A stretch of DNA of 64,000 bases, taken from assembly GCA_002269645.1 (NCBI GenBank), contig NIVC01001634.1, forward strand, positions 1-64,000, in the 5' to 3' direction. Positions within the stretch are counted from its first letter, which is position 1, and each line of letters starts with the position of its first letter. The translations under genes and the position numbers were made by a program. The stretch is from Macrostomum lignano. Taxonomy: Eukaryota. Positions 33,501 through 59,800 of the stretch are shown in pieces. The notes below the pieces were generated by a model that worked only from the letters and a program-made list of their open reading frames with translations, ran no database searches and was not told the DNA's origin.

Positions 33501-35793
33501 CTAAACTTTCTCGGCGGCTCTGAGAGCCAGAGCCTCAAACAGACAGAGAAATCTGTTCGAGTTGTGTCTGTAGGTTAGGTGGACCAGCTACTGAGAGCCA
33601 AAGCCTCAAACAGACTGAGAGAGCTGCTTCAGTTGTGTCTGTAGGTTATGTGGACCACCTAAGAGCCAGAGCCCTAAACAGACAGAGAAATCTGTTCGAG
33701 TTGTGTCTGTAGGTTAGGTGGACCAGCTACTCCACAGCACTTCTAGGCGATAATCTGAGCCAGGAATCTCCGAGAGCCTCTCGTTACACATCCAGATGTT
33801 CTACCTCGATGCTGGACTAGCTCACTTTCTAGGAATATGTTCTGATTGCATTCTAACAAACTGAAGCATTCTCGGCACTAAACTTTCTCGGCGGCTCTGA
33901 GAGCCAGAGCCTCAAACAGACAGAGAAATCTGTTCGAGTTGTGTCTGTAGGTTAGGTGGACCACCTTCTGAGAGCCAAAGCCTCAAACAGACTGAGAGAG
34001 CTGATTCAGTTGTGTCTGTAGGTTAGGTGGACCAGCTTCTCTACAGCAATTGAGTTGCAGGCCTTGCAGCTAGCTACTTTGAGATCATCAAACGAAACTC
34101 ACTTTTCTGGACTCGGTGTCGACGGATTTGCGAGCAGACTGATGATTTTCACCAGGCGATGCGGCTTCTTCGATTTCGCAGTGGCTTTTTGCGACGGTGT
34201 TTTTTTTAGTTTTTATTTTAGGCTTGGCGTCCTTTTTTGCGGGTCATCATATCTTGGTTGTAGATTACAGTTTTTGGCACAATAAATTTATATATGGATG
34301 AAACTTGGAGTAAGGATTAACATTAGACCTATTAAGTATAAAAAAACCGTTCTAATCTATACAATTGCAATCCTTTAGAGTTGTATAGTATGGATTATAA
34401 GTACTTTCTTTTAAACTGTCTGTGTCTGGTCTCACTACGCCATGGTTTACGTGGACCACCCGCTTAGACATTATATATCCCTCTCTCCACTGTCTTACCT
34501 TCAGAACGCTTGCGGGTTTCCTATTGGCTGCGGTCGGTCCCATTGTTGGGGTGGATCTATCCTCCTAAGTGTTAACCAGCCAATTATAGAAAGGGAGGTC
34601 TGTCTGTCTGTCTGTTCCAACCCTATACTCCTGCACATGTGTTTACGAGGACCAAACAGACAGTGAGTGTTAGGCTGACTGTTAATGCGTTCTTAGTTTT
34701 ACTGGGACCGCAATCAAGTCGACCTTTTGCTAGAGAGTCAGAGACCCGATCGCTAGCTAAAAGGCCCTTCTTAATTGCGTCCTCTTGATCAAATCTTTTG
34801 CATGTACATGTATGAATTGTCCTTTTCAATTAGGTAAATTGCATCTTCAACTTTGCACTTGAAAGGCTGCAGCTTAGGATCTTCTTCTTCCAACATTGGA
34901 GGAGGATAGAACAGGATATCCCATAGTGTTTAGGATAGAATTGGCAAGCACTTAATTCATGAAGTTGCTATTTTCTTCTTGTGTAATGGTAGAGCCTCAG
35001 AAATTCGCATTTACACAGTGTGGCTATCAAGGACCACTGGGAGTTCTTGAGAAGTCATTGAAGAATACTATTTAAGCTTCACTTAAATATCTTTCTTGTC
35101 TCGGAGTCTTTATCGTTTGATCTGGTTAGCGAATTGGATTTCTTTACGTTGGTGTCTTACTCTGTGAGTCTGTGCTCAGAGTACGATACCGGAATTGCTG
35201 GAACTGAGCTAATTAAATGGAGTTTAAAGTTTACTGTATCAAATTCATTTCGCATACGAGGTTTCAGAATTTTTAATTAACCTGCGCACCTACTTGAATG
35301 TCAAAGAACTGAACGCATATTGTTTTAAAGCCAGTAGCGGTCATAATATGATGCCAACATAGCCCTTTGTTCGTAAGGTAATGATCTGTAAAAAAATTCA
35401 GTTTTGCATCGAATCTATGCTTAATAACTGCTATACACAAACAGACACAAACAGACACAAACAGACACAAACAGACACAAACAGACGATTTTCGAAAAAT
35501 TTTCTAAAATTTTTCGGTTAACGTGGACCAGACTCGCTCGGTTTAGGTAGACCAGGCTGGAGGTCCAGCTAAACTGAAATGCAAATAACTTTGGAAAAAT
35601 CCATGCTAGACATCCCAAAATTGCTTAAGCCTTTCTTGACCCGCCTGACATTAATGTGAGATCCTCATCAACGTCTTAACCCCACCAGAGACAAAATTAT
35701 TTGGTGGTCCACCTAAGTGGTCTACCTACACCGGTTGGTCCAGCTAACGAGGCTACTGAACTTCCAAAAAGTCCACGTAAACACACAGACAGT
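27535..35793. mobile_element. Putative non-autonomous TIR DNA transposon (~8.3 kb) carrying an internal satellite array
   Basis: Perfect 16-bp inverted repeat ACTGTCTGTGTGTTTA at 27535-27550 / 35778-35793. Recurrent TTA[CGT]GTGGACCA motif is forward from 27575 to 35530 and reversed near the right end (35700-35780). No intact transposase and no clear TSD. Confidence 0.5.
28560..34045. repeat. Complex higher-order satellite (two related ~65-70-bp modules plus a ~170-bp module; ~240-bp and ~135-bp units)
   Basis: Recurring GAGCC[A/G]GAGCCTCAAACAGAC..GTTGTGTCTGTAGGTTAGGTGGACCA modules and CCACAGCACTTCTAGGCG..CGGCGGCTCTGA module, in irregular order. Confidence 0.97.
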
Positions 35794-35796
35794 AGA

Positions 35797-36335
<539 letters not shown>

Positions 36336-36845
36336 GCCATGGAAACATAGTGCATTCATTGAGCTGAAAATTTTAAGCTGTGCCAGAAAGTTTTTCACTC
36401 ACTAATGCTTCCAATAAATTTGATATCCGCATGTACGCTCTCACCTGTCCCCATCTCACTCTGAGCGTCAGACTTAATGTGGGCGTTTCTCCAACAATTA
36501 TCATTTTTGCGATGTATTGTAGTGGCTTTTATTTCCCAGAGCGTGACGCACTTCAGCTGTAAAGTTGCCAGAAAATATAGGGTAGGTGAGGGGGGGGGGC
36601 GAAAAAGAGGGAGAGCAGGGAAAAAAACGTTGCCATTGTGCCTTCTTCTGCTGTGCATGTAGACCGGTCGTTGGCATCACGCATGACTTTATAAACTGCT
36701 AATTAGCTCAGGAAATTGTAGGTGCAGTTGCTAAGCTTGTTTTTTCTTAGGGTGTAGAAAGATTACTTCAGGCCAGGAAAATAGTACAAAAAAGCCATGG
36801 ACAGTATCAGCCCTGCACATTCTGAGTGAGTGGGGAAGCCATGGA

Positions 36846-37333
<488 letters not shown>

Positions 37334-37344
37334 AAAGGTGGATA

Positions 37345-39130
37345 GATAGAAAGCTTATTTAGACTATATCCCACCCAATGCCAAAAGCACACGTGACGGC
37401 TTTCTGAGCAGGCAAATTTTTCGAGAAAGACAAATACTTCACTGGGAGGATGGAGACAAGAAAACTGAAGTATTTTCGCGCGTCAAACCAGCCCACGCAC
37501 TTCAGTTTCAGGTGCCTGCAACCCTCCTGTAGAGCAAGCAATCGAAAAAGTACACCTGTCAATCTGCACCGTAATCCTCCCAGGGAGGCCAATATTAACC
37601 CGAAGGGCTTCCAAGCACTCAAATCCCAGACAAAGGAGAAAGATACAAATAGAAATGCTAGCGCTCGCACAGAACAGCTGAAGCTTCGGGATTATGGGAT
37701 AGCATTAGCGGGCACTGGCACAAGCGGGCACTGGAACAAGCGGGCACTGGCACAAGCGGGCACTGGCACAAGCGGGCACTGGCACAAGCGGGCACTGGCA
37801 CTGGCGGGCACTGGCACAAGCGGGCACTGGCACAAACGGGCACTGCCACAAGCGGGCACTGGCACAAGCGGGCACTGGCACAAGCGGGCACTGGCACAAG
37901 CGGGCACTGGCACAAGCGGGCACTGGCACAAGCGGGCACTGGCACAAGCGGGCACTGGCACAAGCGGGCACTGGCACAAGCGGGCACTGGCACAAGCGGG
38001 CACTGGCACAAGCGGGCACTGGCACAAACGGGCACTGGCACAAACGGGCACTGCCACAAGCGGGCACTGGCACAAGCGGGCACTGGCACAAACGGGCACT
38101 GGCACAAGCGGGCACTGGCACAAACGGGCACTGGCACAAACGGGCACTGGCACAAATGGGCACTGGCACAAGCGGGCACTGGCACAAACGGGCACTGGAA
38201 CAAGCGGGCACTGGCACAAACGGGCACTGGAACAAGCGGGCACTGGCACAAACGGGCACTGGCACTGGCGGCCACTGCCACAAACGGGCACTGGCACAAA
38301 CGGGCACTGGCACAAGCGGGCACTGGCACAAACGGGCACTGGCACAAACGGGCACTGGCACAAACGGGCACTGGCACAAACGGGCACTGGCGCAAGCGCT
38401 CAGGCAAATGCCAGCAGCCAGAGTCAACATTAGCGCATCATCACAAAGTATTCAATTATATCAGTTCCTTGAAGCACCTGCTGAGCACCGTTGAAGCCGC
38501 AGTCATTCAATACTATGGCCAACAGGGCTTCAACTTTATCTTCCGTCTCTCCGTACACCAGACATGCGATTAAATACTCGTAGCCAATTCGATGTCGAAG
38601 TGAACAAGTCGGAGTGTTAGTTCCACTTGAACCAATCTTGCTGTCATTCCAGCCGGGACCCTAACCACAGCATCCCTCAATTTCTACTACAATTTACAAG
38701 TTGCTCAGGGACCTGTGGTCTCCTGTTCTTTAGTAATTGCAAGTTGCTATGACCATTGGCTGCAGTATAGGGGGGGGGGTTACTATCTGACGTTGAGTGG
38801 GTGGAGTTTCTCCTCTTTCTATATGAGTATAACACCCAGGCCAGCGGCGATATTGGGAAGACTATTGACAGGTCCCATCACCGATTCCCCACCTCACTCT
38901 CTTTCTCTCTCTCTGCTCGCCCGTCACCTGCAAGTGGGCTCTGGCTTAGACCACGCCTGGGGCGGGCCGGGGACTCCCAGATCTTAAAGAGAGTCTGGAA
39001 TGGAGACCGGCCCAGTCATGCATATTTTAAAAGCCATTGGGCGTTCTGTTTCGGCATCCTAATTTATGGAGATCGATTAAAACTTTCGCTGTTGCCAAGC
39101 CGCCTCCTCTTAAACTGAAGTTCATTCTAG
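37345..39130 (+). mobile_element. Possible decayed 3' end of a Gypsy-type LTR retrotransposon (integrase tail, PPT, LTR), interrupted by a minisatellite
   Basis: Frameshifted RDG..EKDKYFT..KKTEVFSRVKPAH (37380-37500) resembles the GPY/F integrase tail (..DGP..V.....FT......VS.DRLKPA). A G9 polypurine tract at ~38770-38779 is followed by LTR-like sequence with TATA-like and ATTAAA elements. Confidence 0.35.
37708..38395. repeat. 16-bp minisatellite (GGGCACTGGCACAAGC)n
   Basis: Tandem units; explains the ORFs at 37450-38494. Confidence 0.96.
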
Positions 39131-39227
39131 CATCTATTCTAGGAAGTACTCATCTGACCTAATTTTACCTGTAGCTTCTCGCACAAGATTCACCCCCATG
39201 AGGCCGGGCTCACAGGTGCTAGGGTGG

Positions 39228-39486
39228 CAGGTCTTGTGCAGGTCTTGTGCAGGTCTTGTGCAGGTCTTGTGCAGGTCTTGTGCAGGTCTTGTGCAGGTCT
39301 TGTGCAGGTCTTGTGCAGGTCTTGTGCAGGTCTTGTGCAGGTCTTGTGCAGGTCTTGTGCAGGTCTTGTGCAGGTCTTGTGCAGGTCTTGTGCAGGTCTT
39401 GTGCAGGTCTTGTGCAGGTCTTGTGCAGGTCTTGTGCAGGTCTTGTGCAGGTCTTGTGCAGGTCTTGTGCAGGTCTTGTGCAGGTC
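39228..39486. repeat. 11-bp minisatellite (CAGGTCTTGTG)n
   Basis: Near-perfect tandem array. Confidence 0.98.
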
Positions 39487-39499
39487 TCACGATAAGTAG

Positions 39500-40110
39500 G
39501 TCAGATGAGTATGTCAGATGAGTATGTCAGATGAGTATGTCAGATGAGTATGTCAGATGAGTATGTCAGATGAGTATGTCAGATGAGTATGTCAGATGAG
39601 TATGTCAGATGAGTATGTCAGATGAGTATGTCAGATGAGTATGTCAGATGAGTATGTCAGATGAGTATGTCAGATGAGTATGTCAGATGAGTATGTCAGA
39701 TGAGTATGTCAGATGAGTATGTCAGATGAGTATGTCAGATGAGTATGTCAGATGAGTATGTCAGATGAGTATGTCAGATGAGTATGTCAGATGAGTATGT
39801 CAGATGAGTATGTCAGATGAGTATGTCAGATGAGTATGTCAGATGAGTATGTCAGATGAGTATGTCAGATGAGTATGTCAGATGAGTATGTCAGATGAGT
39901 ATGTCAGATGAGTATGTCAGATGAGTATGTCAGATGAGTATGTCAGATGAGTATGTCAGATGAGTATGTCAGATGAGTATGTCAGATGAGTATGTCAGAT
40001 GAGTATGTCAGATGAGTATGTCAGATGAGTATGTCAGATGAGTATGTCAGATGAGTATGTCAGATGAGTATGTCAGATGAGTATGTCAGATGAGTATGTC
40101 AGATGAGTAG
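39500..40110. repeat. 13-bp minisatellite (GTCAGATGAGTAT)n
   Basis: Near-perfect tandem array. Confidence 0.98.
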
Positions 40111-40445
40111 GCCAGCTACATGTAAGTGAGCTTGTAAAGTAAACATAATAAAAGTGTCAAATATGTGCCGGTTTCCACTATTTCTAGTGTTTTTATGCTC
40201 ATAGTGTAGCTTATAGTCATAGCTTAGGCCACCATATCTATTAATTTATATACACACAAGCGTTTTAACATAATATGAGTACGCTGAGGCCAGCAGCCTC
40301 ACTTCACTCTCTGTCGGGGGAATTTTTCGTCTTAAAAATTGCTTCTGCAGCTGGGGTTCATTTTCTGCTCAGCTGGATGAAATAAGATCGGGGGGGGGGC
40401 AAAAATATTCTGGCAAAAACTTCTTCGAGCCAGATTAACAACTGT

Positions 40446-40770
<325 letters not shown>

Positions 40771-41197
40771 AGGCAAGCGGTGGACAGCTTAAAAGCAGGC
40801 CATTCTTAGCTACAAAAGCCCTGAGTGCACTCATCAGCTTAGGCCCAAGCCAGCGAATCCCGCTTAAACCTGATCTGACTCTTTTCCCAATCCCAAGCCC
40901 CAAAGTCAACCCCACTTTCCTGGGGCTAAATTTCGGTCTACAGTTGCTTCCCAATTCCCACAGTGGCTACCGGCTTAGGGTAGCAGCACGAAGGGGATGA
41001 CAGGAAGTAAAGTGGGAAAAGTGGGAGAGATCAAGTGAAGCAGACTGTGAGAGGTTGAGTCCGCGGGTTGTCTGGTTAGTGAATCCCTCAGTTCTCATTT
41101 GATAGCATGGCAAAGTGGCTTTGCAGAGCAGCCTTGGTAATCGGCGTTGAGAACGAAAAAGTCAAGAGAGGAAGAAAATAAGATCTAAACTCAGATA

Positions 41198-41515
41198 CCA
41201 CACCCTGTCTCTCAGTATCCCACACCCTGTCTCTCAGTATCCCACACCCTGTCTCTCAGTATCCCACACCCTGTCTCTCAGTATCCCACACCCTGTCTCT
41301 CTAGCGGAATGGGCGCCCGCGCCTTCCCGCTGTGTCCCCTCCGGGACAGCCCTGCAGCACCCTGTCTCTCAGTATCCCACACCCTGTCTTTCAGTATGCC
41401 ACACCCTGTTTCTAAGTATCCCACACCCTGTCTCTCAGTATCCCACACCCTGTCTCTCAGTATCCCACACTCTGTCTCTTAGCATCCCACACCCTGTCTC
41501 TCAGTATGCCACACC
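41198..41515. repeat. 22-bp minisatellite (CACACCCTGTCTCTCAGTATCC)n with a GC-rich insert at ~41303-41358
   Basis: Tandem units. Confidence 0.9.
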
Positions 41516-42003
41516 TAAAAACCCGTCTGAGAATATTAAGCAAAATAATCTCAATTTATAAGTGATTATTGTACAGAAAAAGCAAAATTTATTATAATTT
41601 GTGCGACTATTATTAATAATATTGTACAGCAAAATATGATTAATTAGATTGCGCCACAACCAGTTATTCCAACCAGCCAATTGTGTAGGGCAATATATCA
41701 TTCATTAATCCATTAATATTCATTAAAATTCAGTAAATATTAGTTTAAAAAATAAAAAAAACTATTTCGATTTTGTATGTAATATTCTCTCATTGATTTA
41801 GTCGCAAGATCAAATTTCGACTCAATTTTAGAGCCAATTATCTTCTTAATTTTATAGCAATTATCGACTCAATTTTAGAGCCAATTATCGACTCAATTTT
41901 AGAGCCAATTATTGACTCTATTTGACAATCACTTAATTAATTATCGACTCATTTACATTAGCCAATTATCGACTCAATTATCGGTTGAATTGCCAAATGC
42001 CTT

Positions 42004-54715
<12,712 letters not shown>

Positions 54716-55050
54716 TGTCGAGCTGATTCGATAGGAACTCGTGTCGGAGTTGGCAAAGCGGCAGTGTATCCGAATTGCTTAAGGACGGATTTTTATTAAG
54801 GTGAGCCTACTCCAGTGCGGAAGAGATTGAGAACGATTCCTACTATAAATGATTATCCATCAAAGAGAAACTTTACACTTTTAAGCAAGCAAGAAGAAAC
54901 ATTATCTACACTGGAGTTGGAGCGCGTGAAAGTCGAGACGTTCGGTGGGGCCGAATTAACGAGCTGACGGCAGGTGGGCGCGTTCAGGGGGGGGTCGTTA
55001 TTGAGCTAGGTTGCCTAATTTGGAATGCGGATGACTGCCGACTGTCTCCA

Positions 55051-55247
<197 letters not shown>

Positions 55248-55248
55248 G

Positions 55249-55477
55249 GATTTCTCGGTAGTTGCTCGCACTCTTTTGCACTACTTGAGTAGTCTGATTT
55301 TCGAACGGCAGGCTGGTTCCAGCAGGTAGTTCCTCTGGATAAAAGCGCTTACCGCGCCCATTGGCTTTCCAGCTGCCTTAATCGTTTCCGGTGATCTTGT
55401 GTGCGTGCTTTCAGCTTGATTGGCTGCGACAAGCAAGCTCGAAAGAGCTCGCTTCGCTCGCTCTTTCTCGCTATCTA

Positions 55478-55513
<36 letters not shown>

Positions 55514-55848
55514 GGATAGATAGGATCTAAGATAAATGGATCTATCTCGCTTCGCTCGCTCTTTCTCGCTATCTACTATCTATAGTCAGGACCTGCACCG
55601 GAGCGGTTACGAAAATTAGATTTCTCGGTAGTTGCACGTACTCTTTTGCACTACTTGAGTAGTCTGATTTTCGTTCGGCATGGCTGGTTCCAGCAGGTAG
55701 TTCCTCTGGATAAAAGCGCTTACCGCGCCCATTGGCTTTCCAGCTGCCTTAATCGTTTCCGGTGATCTTGTGTGCGTGCTTTCAGCTTGATTGGCTGCGG
55801 CAAGCAAGCTCGAAAGAGCTCGCTTCGCTCGCTCTTTCTCGCCATCTA

Positions 55849-55850
<2 letters not shown>
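55249..55850. mobile_element. Two direct copies (55249-55480, 55619-55850) and one 3' fragment (55545-55583) of a ~230-bp short element ending in GCTCGCTTCGCTCGC plus microsatellite
   Basis: Copies align throughout with a few substitutions; each ends ..GAGCTCGCTTCGCTCGCTCTTTCTCGC(T/C)ATCTAC followed by (TATC)n. Confidence 0.55.
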
Positions 55851-55882
<32 letters not shown>

Positions 55883-55981
55883 CTGTCTTTCTGTCTGTCT
55901 TTCTGTCTGTCTTTCTGTCTGTCTGTCTTTCTGTCTTTCTGTCTGTCTGTCTGTCTGTCTGCCTGTCTGTCTGTCTGTCTC

Positions 55982-56038
<57 letters not shown>
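55850..56038. repeat. (CTAT)n/(GTCT)n microsatellite
   Basis: Direct observation. Confidence 0.95.
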
Positions 56039-56803
56039 TTAGCTGCAGAATCCCCATAACTGAGTCTGCAATTTAATCACAAAGGCAACTGAATGGCAAA
56101 CCCAGTTATGAGTTGAATTGCATTCAAAACAAATTGAACCAACTACTGTGTTTATTTATTATCGAACACAAAGCGAAATCTAAAAGCAAAATGTGTTTGA
56201 CTGCTTGTGCCATTATTAAACATTATTGATGCGAAATCTAGATGCGTTAGATTTAAATGCAAGCTGTAACATTAACATTTCAAAACAGTGTAATTCGTTT
56301 GCTATAAACTACTGTACGATTGTACTTGCGTACTTATTCTTCATCGAGAAAATTTACAATTTAATAAGCTGTTCATAGCGAGAGTCTAATATTCAAGCAA
56401 GTGGATAGTGCGAAAGGGTGAGGGAGAGAGGAGGAGAGAGAGGGTTGAGAGTGAGGGAGGGGATCAGTAGGAGGGTGAGAAGGAGGGTGAGAAAGAGTGG
56501 ATGAGATCGCCAGTGAATGGTATCAGTGTGTGGATACAAGGCTTATAAATTGAGAAGAATTTTTAACGTAGAAAATTAGTTATCGAGTTTAATATCCAAC
56601 GCTTAAAAAATACGAGCAAATCTGCATTCAATACGAAATTTGCAATAATGAGATATTTCACTGCATTGATTTCACTGCATAGCTTGCAAACTTGCTTTCA
56701 AATGAAAAAATTAATATAAACTGTTATCAAGGGTAGCGAACTATCTACAAAAAAGCAGAAACTTTCATTTCTATGTACACACGCTGGATGCATTGACCTG
56801 CTG

Positions 56804-59800
56804 TTATTGAGATTTGCTCTCATTGTCAAGAGGCAAAATTGCTGATAACAATGCCTGTTCTGACTCCACCGCATCTTGACTTCTTTTCTCCTGCTCACTG
56901 CCGCTGAAATTATTGAATTAAGGCATGCAATCTCTGTAATTAGTGGCTTTCATTGGTGCTGATGCACTGAGCAATGTGACACTGTCCTGTCTAACAGGTG
57001 TGTGACACTGTCCTGTCTAACAGGTGTATGACACTGTCCTGTCTAACAGGTGTGTGACACTGTCTAACAGGTGTGTGACACTGTCTAACAGGTGTGTGAC
57101 ACTGTCCTGTCTAACAGGTGTGTGACACTGTCCTGTCTAACAGGTGTGTGACACTGTCCTGTCTAACAGGTGTGTGACACTGTCCTGTCTAACAGGTGTG
57201 TGACACTGTCTAACAGGTGTGTGACACTGTCCTGTCTAACAGGTGTGTGACACTGTCCTGTCTAACAGGTGTGTGACACTGTCCTGTCTAACAGGTGTGT
57301 GACACTGTCCTGTCTAACAGGTGTGTGACACTGTCCTGTCTAACAGGTGTGTGTCACTGTCTAACAGGTGTGTGACACTGTCTAACAGGTGTGTGACACT
57401 GTCTAACAGGTGTGTGACACTGTCTAACAGGTGTGTGACACTGTCTAACAGGTGTGTGACACTGTCTAACAGGTGTGTGACACTGTCTAACAGGTGTGTG
57501 ACACTGTCTAACAGGTGTGTGACACTGTCCTGTCTAACAGGTGTGTGACATTGTCTAACAGGTGTGTAACACTGTCCTGTCTAACAGGTGTGTGTCACTG
57601 TCCTGTCTAACAGGTGTGTGACACTGTCCTGTCTAACAGATGTGTGACACTGTCCTGTCTAACAGGTGTGTGACACTGTCCTGTCTAACAGGTGTGTGAC
57701 ACTGTCCTGTCTAACAGGTGTGTGACACTGTCCTGTCTAACAGGTGTGTGACACTGTCCTGTCTAACAGGTGTGTGACACTGTCCTGTCTAACAGGTGCG
57801 TGTCACTGTCCTGTCTAACATCCGTGTGACACTGTCCTGTCTAACAGGTGTGTGACACTGTCCTGTCTAACAGGTGTGTGACATTGTCTAACAGGTGTGT
57901 GACATTGTCTAACAGGTGTGTGACATTGTCTAACAGGTGTGTGACATTGTCTAACAGGTGTGTGACATTGTCTAACAGGTGTGTGACACTGTCCTGTCTA
58001 ACAGGTGTGTGACACTGTCCTGTCTAACAGGTGTGTGACACTGTCTAACAGGTGTGTGACACTGTCCTGTCTAACAGGTGTGTGACACTGTCCTGTCTAA
58101 CAGGTGTGTGACACTGTCCTGTCTAACAGGTGTGTGACACTGTCCTGTCTAACAGGTGTGTGACACTGTCCTGTCTAACAGGTGTGTGTCACTGTCTAAC
58201 AGGTGTGTGACACTGTCTAACAGGTGTGTGACACTGTCTAACAGGTGTGTGACACTGTCTAACAGGTGTGTGACACTGTCTAACAGGTGTGTGACACTGT
58301 CCTGTCTAACAGGTGTGTGACATTGTCTAACAGGTGTGTGACACTGTCCTGTCTAACAGGTGTGTGACACTGTCCTGTCTAACAGGTGTGTGACACTGTC
58401 CTGTCTAACAGGTGTGTGACACTGTCCTGTCTAACAGGTGTGTGTCACTGTCTAACAGGTGTGTGACACTGTCCTGTCTAACAGGTGTGTGACACTGTCC
58501 TGTCTAACAGGTGTGTGACACTGTCCTGTCTAACAGGTGTGTGACACTGTCCTGTCTAACAGGTGCGTGTCACTGTCCTGTCTAACATCCGTGTGACACT
58601 GTCCTGTCTAACAGGTGTGTGACACTGTCCTGTCTAACAGGTGTGTGACATTGTCTAACAGGTGTGTGACATTGTCTAACAGGTGTGTGACATTGTCTAA
58701 CAGGTGTGTGACATTGTCTAACAGGTGTGTGACATTGTCTAACAGGTGTGTGACATTGTCTAACAGGTGTGTGACACTGTCCTGTCTAACAGGTGTGTGA
58801 CACTGTCCTGTCTAACAGGTGTGTGACACTGTCCTGTCTAACAGGTGTGTGACACTGTCCTGTCTAACAGGTGCGTGTCACTGTCCTGTCTAACATCCGT
58901 GTGACACTGTCCTGTCTAACAGGTGTGTGACACTGTCTAACAGGTGTGTGACACTGTCCTGTCTAACAGGTGTGTGACACTGTCTAACATGTGTGTGACA
59001 CTGTCTAACAGGTGTGTGACACTGTCCTGTCTAACAGGTGTGTGACACTGTCCTGTCTAACAGGTGTGTGACATTGTCTAACAGATGTGTGACACTGTCC
59101 TGTCTAACAGGTGTGTGACACTGTCTAACAGGTGTGTGACACTGTCTAACAGGTGTGTGATACTGTCTAACAGGTGTGTGACACTGTCCTGTCTAACAGG
59201 TGTGTGACACTGTCTAACAGGTGTGTGACACTGTCTAACAGGTGTGTGACACTGTCCTGTCTAACAGGTGTGTGACACTGTCCTGTCTAACAGGTGTGTG
59301 ACACTGTCTAACAGGTGTGTGACACTGTCTAACAGGTGTGTGACATTGTCTAACAGGTGTGTGACATTGTCTAACAGGTGTGTGACATTGTCTAACAGGT
59401 GTGTGACACTGTCTAACAGGTGTGTGACACTGTCTAACAGGTGTGTGACACTGTCCTGTCTAACAGGTGTGTGACACTGTCCTGTCTAACAGGTGTGTGA
59501 CATTGTCTAACAGATGTGTGACACTGTCCTGTCTAACAGGTGTGTGACACTGTCTAACAGGTGTGTGACACTGTCTAACAGGTGTGTGACACTGTCTAAC
59601 AGGTGTGTGACACTGTCTAACAGGTGTGTGACATTGTCTAACAGATGTGTGACACTGTCCTGTCTAACAGGTGTGTGACACTGTCTAACAGGTGTGTGAC
59701 ACTGTCTAACAGGTGTGTGACACTGTCTAACAGGTGTGTGACATTGTCTAACAGGTGTGTGACATTGTCTAACAGGTGTGTGACATTGTCTAACAGGTGT

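Noticed and set aside
28560-34045. CRISPR-like regularly spaced repeats
   Set aside because: The intervening sequences are themselves repeated rather than unique spacers, there are no cas genes, and the context is eukaryotic.
40821-40837. Hammerhead ribozyme core (CTGATGAG on the minus strand)
   Set aside because: It is followed by a short self-complementary stretch, with no GAAA and no closing stems.
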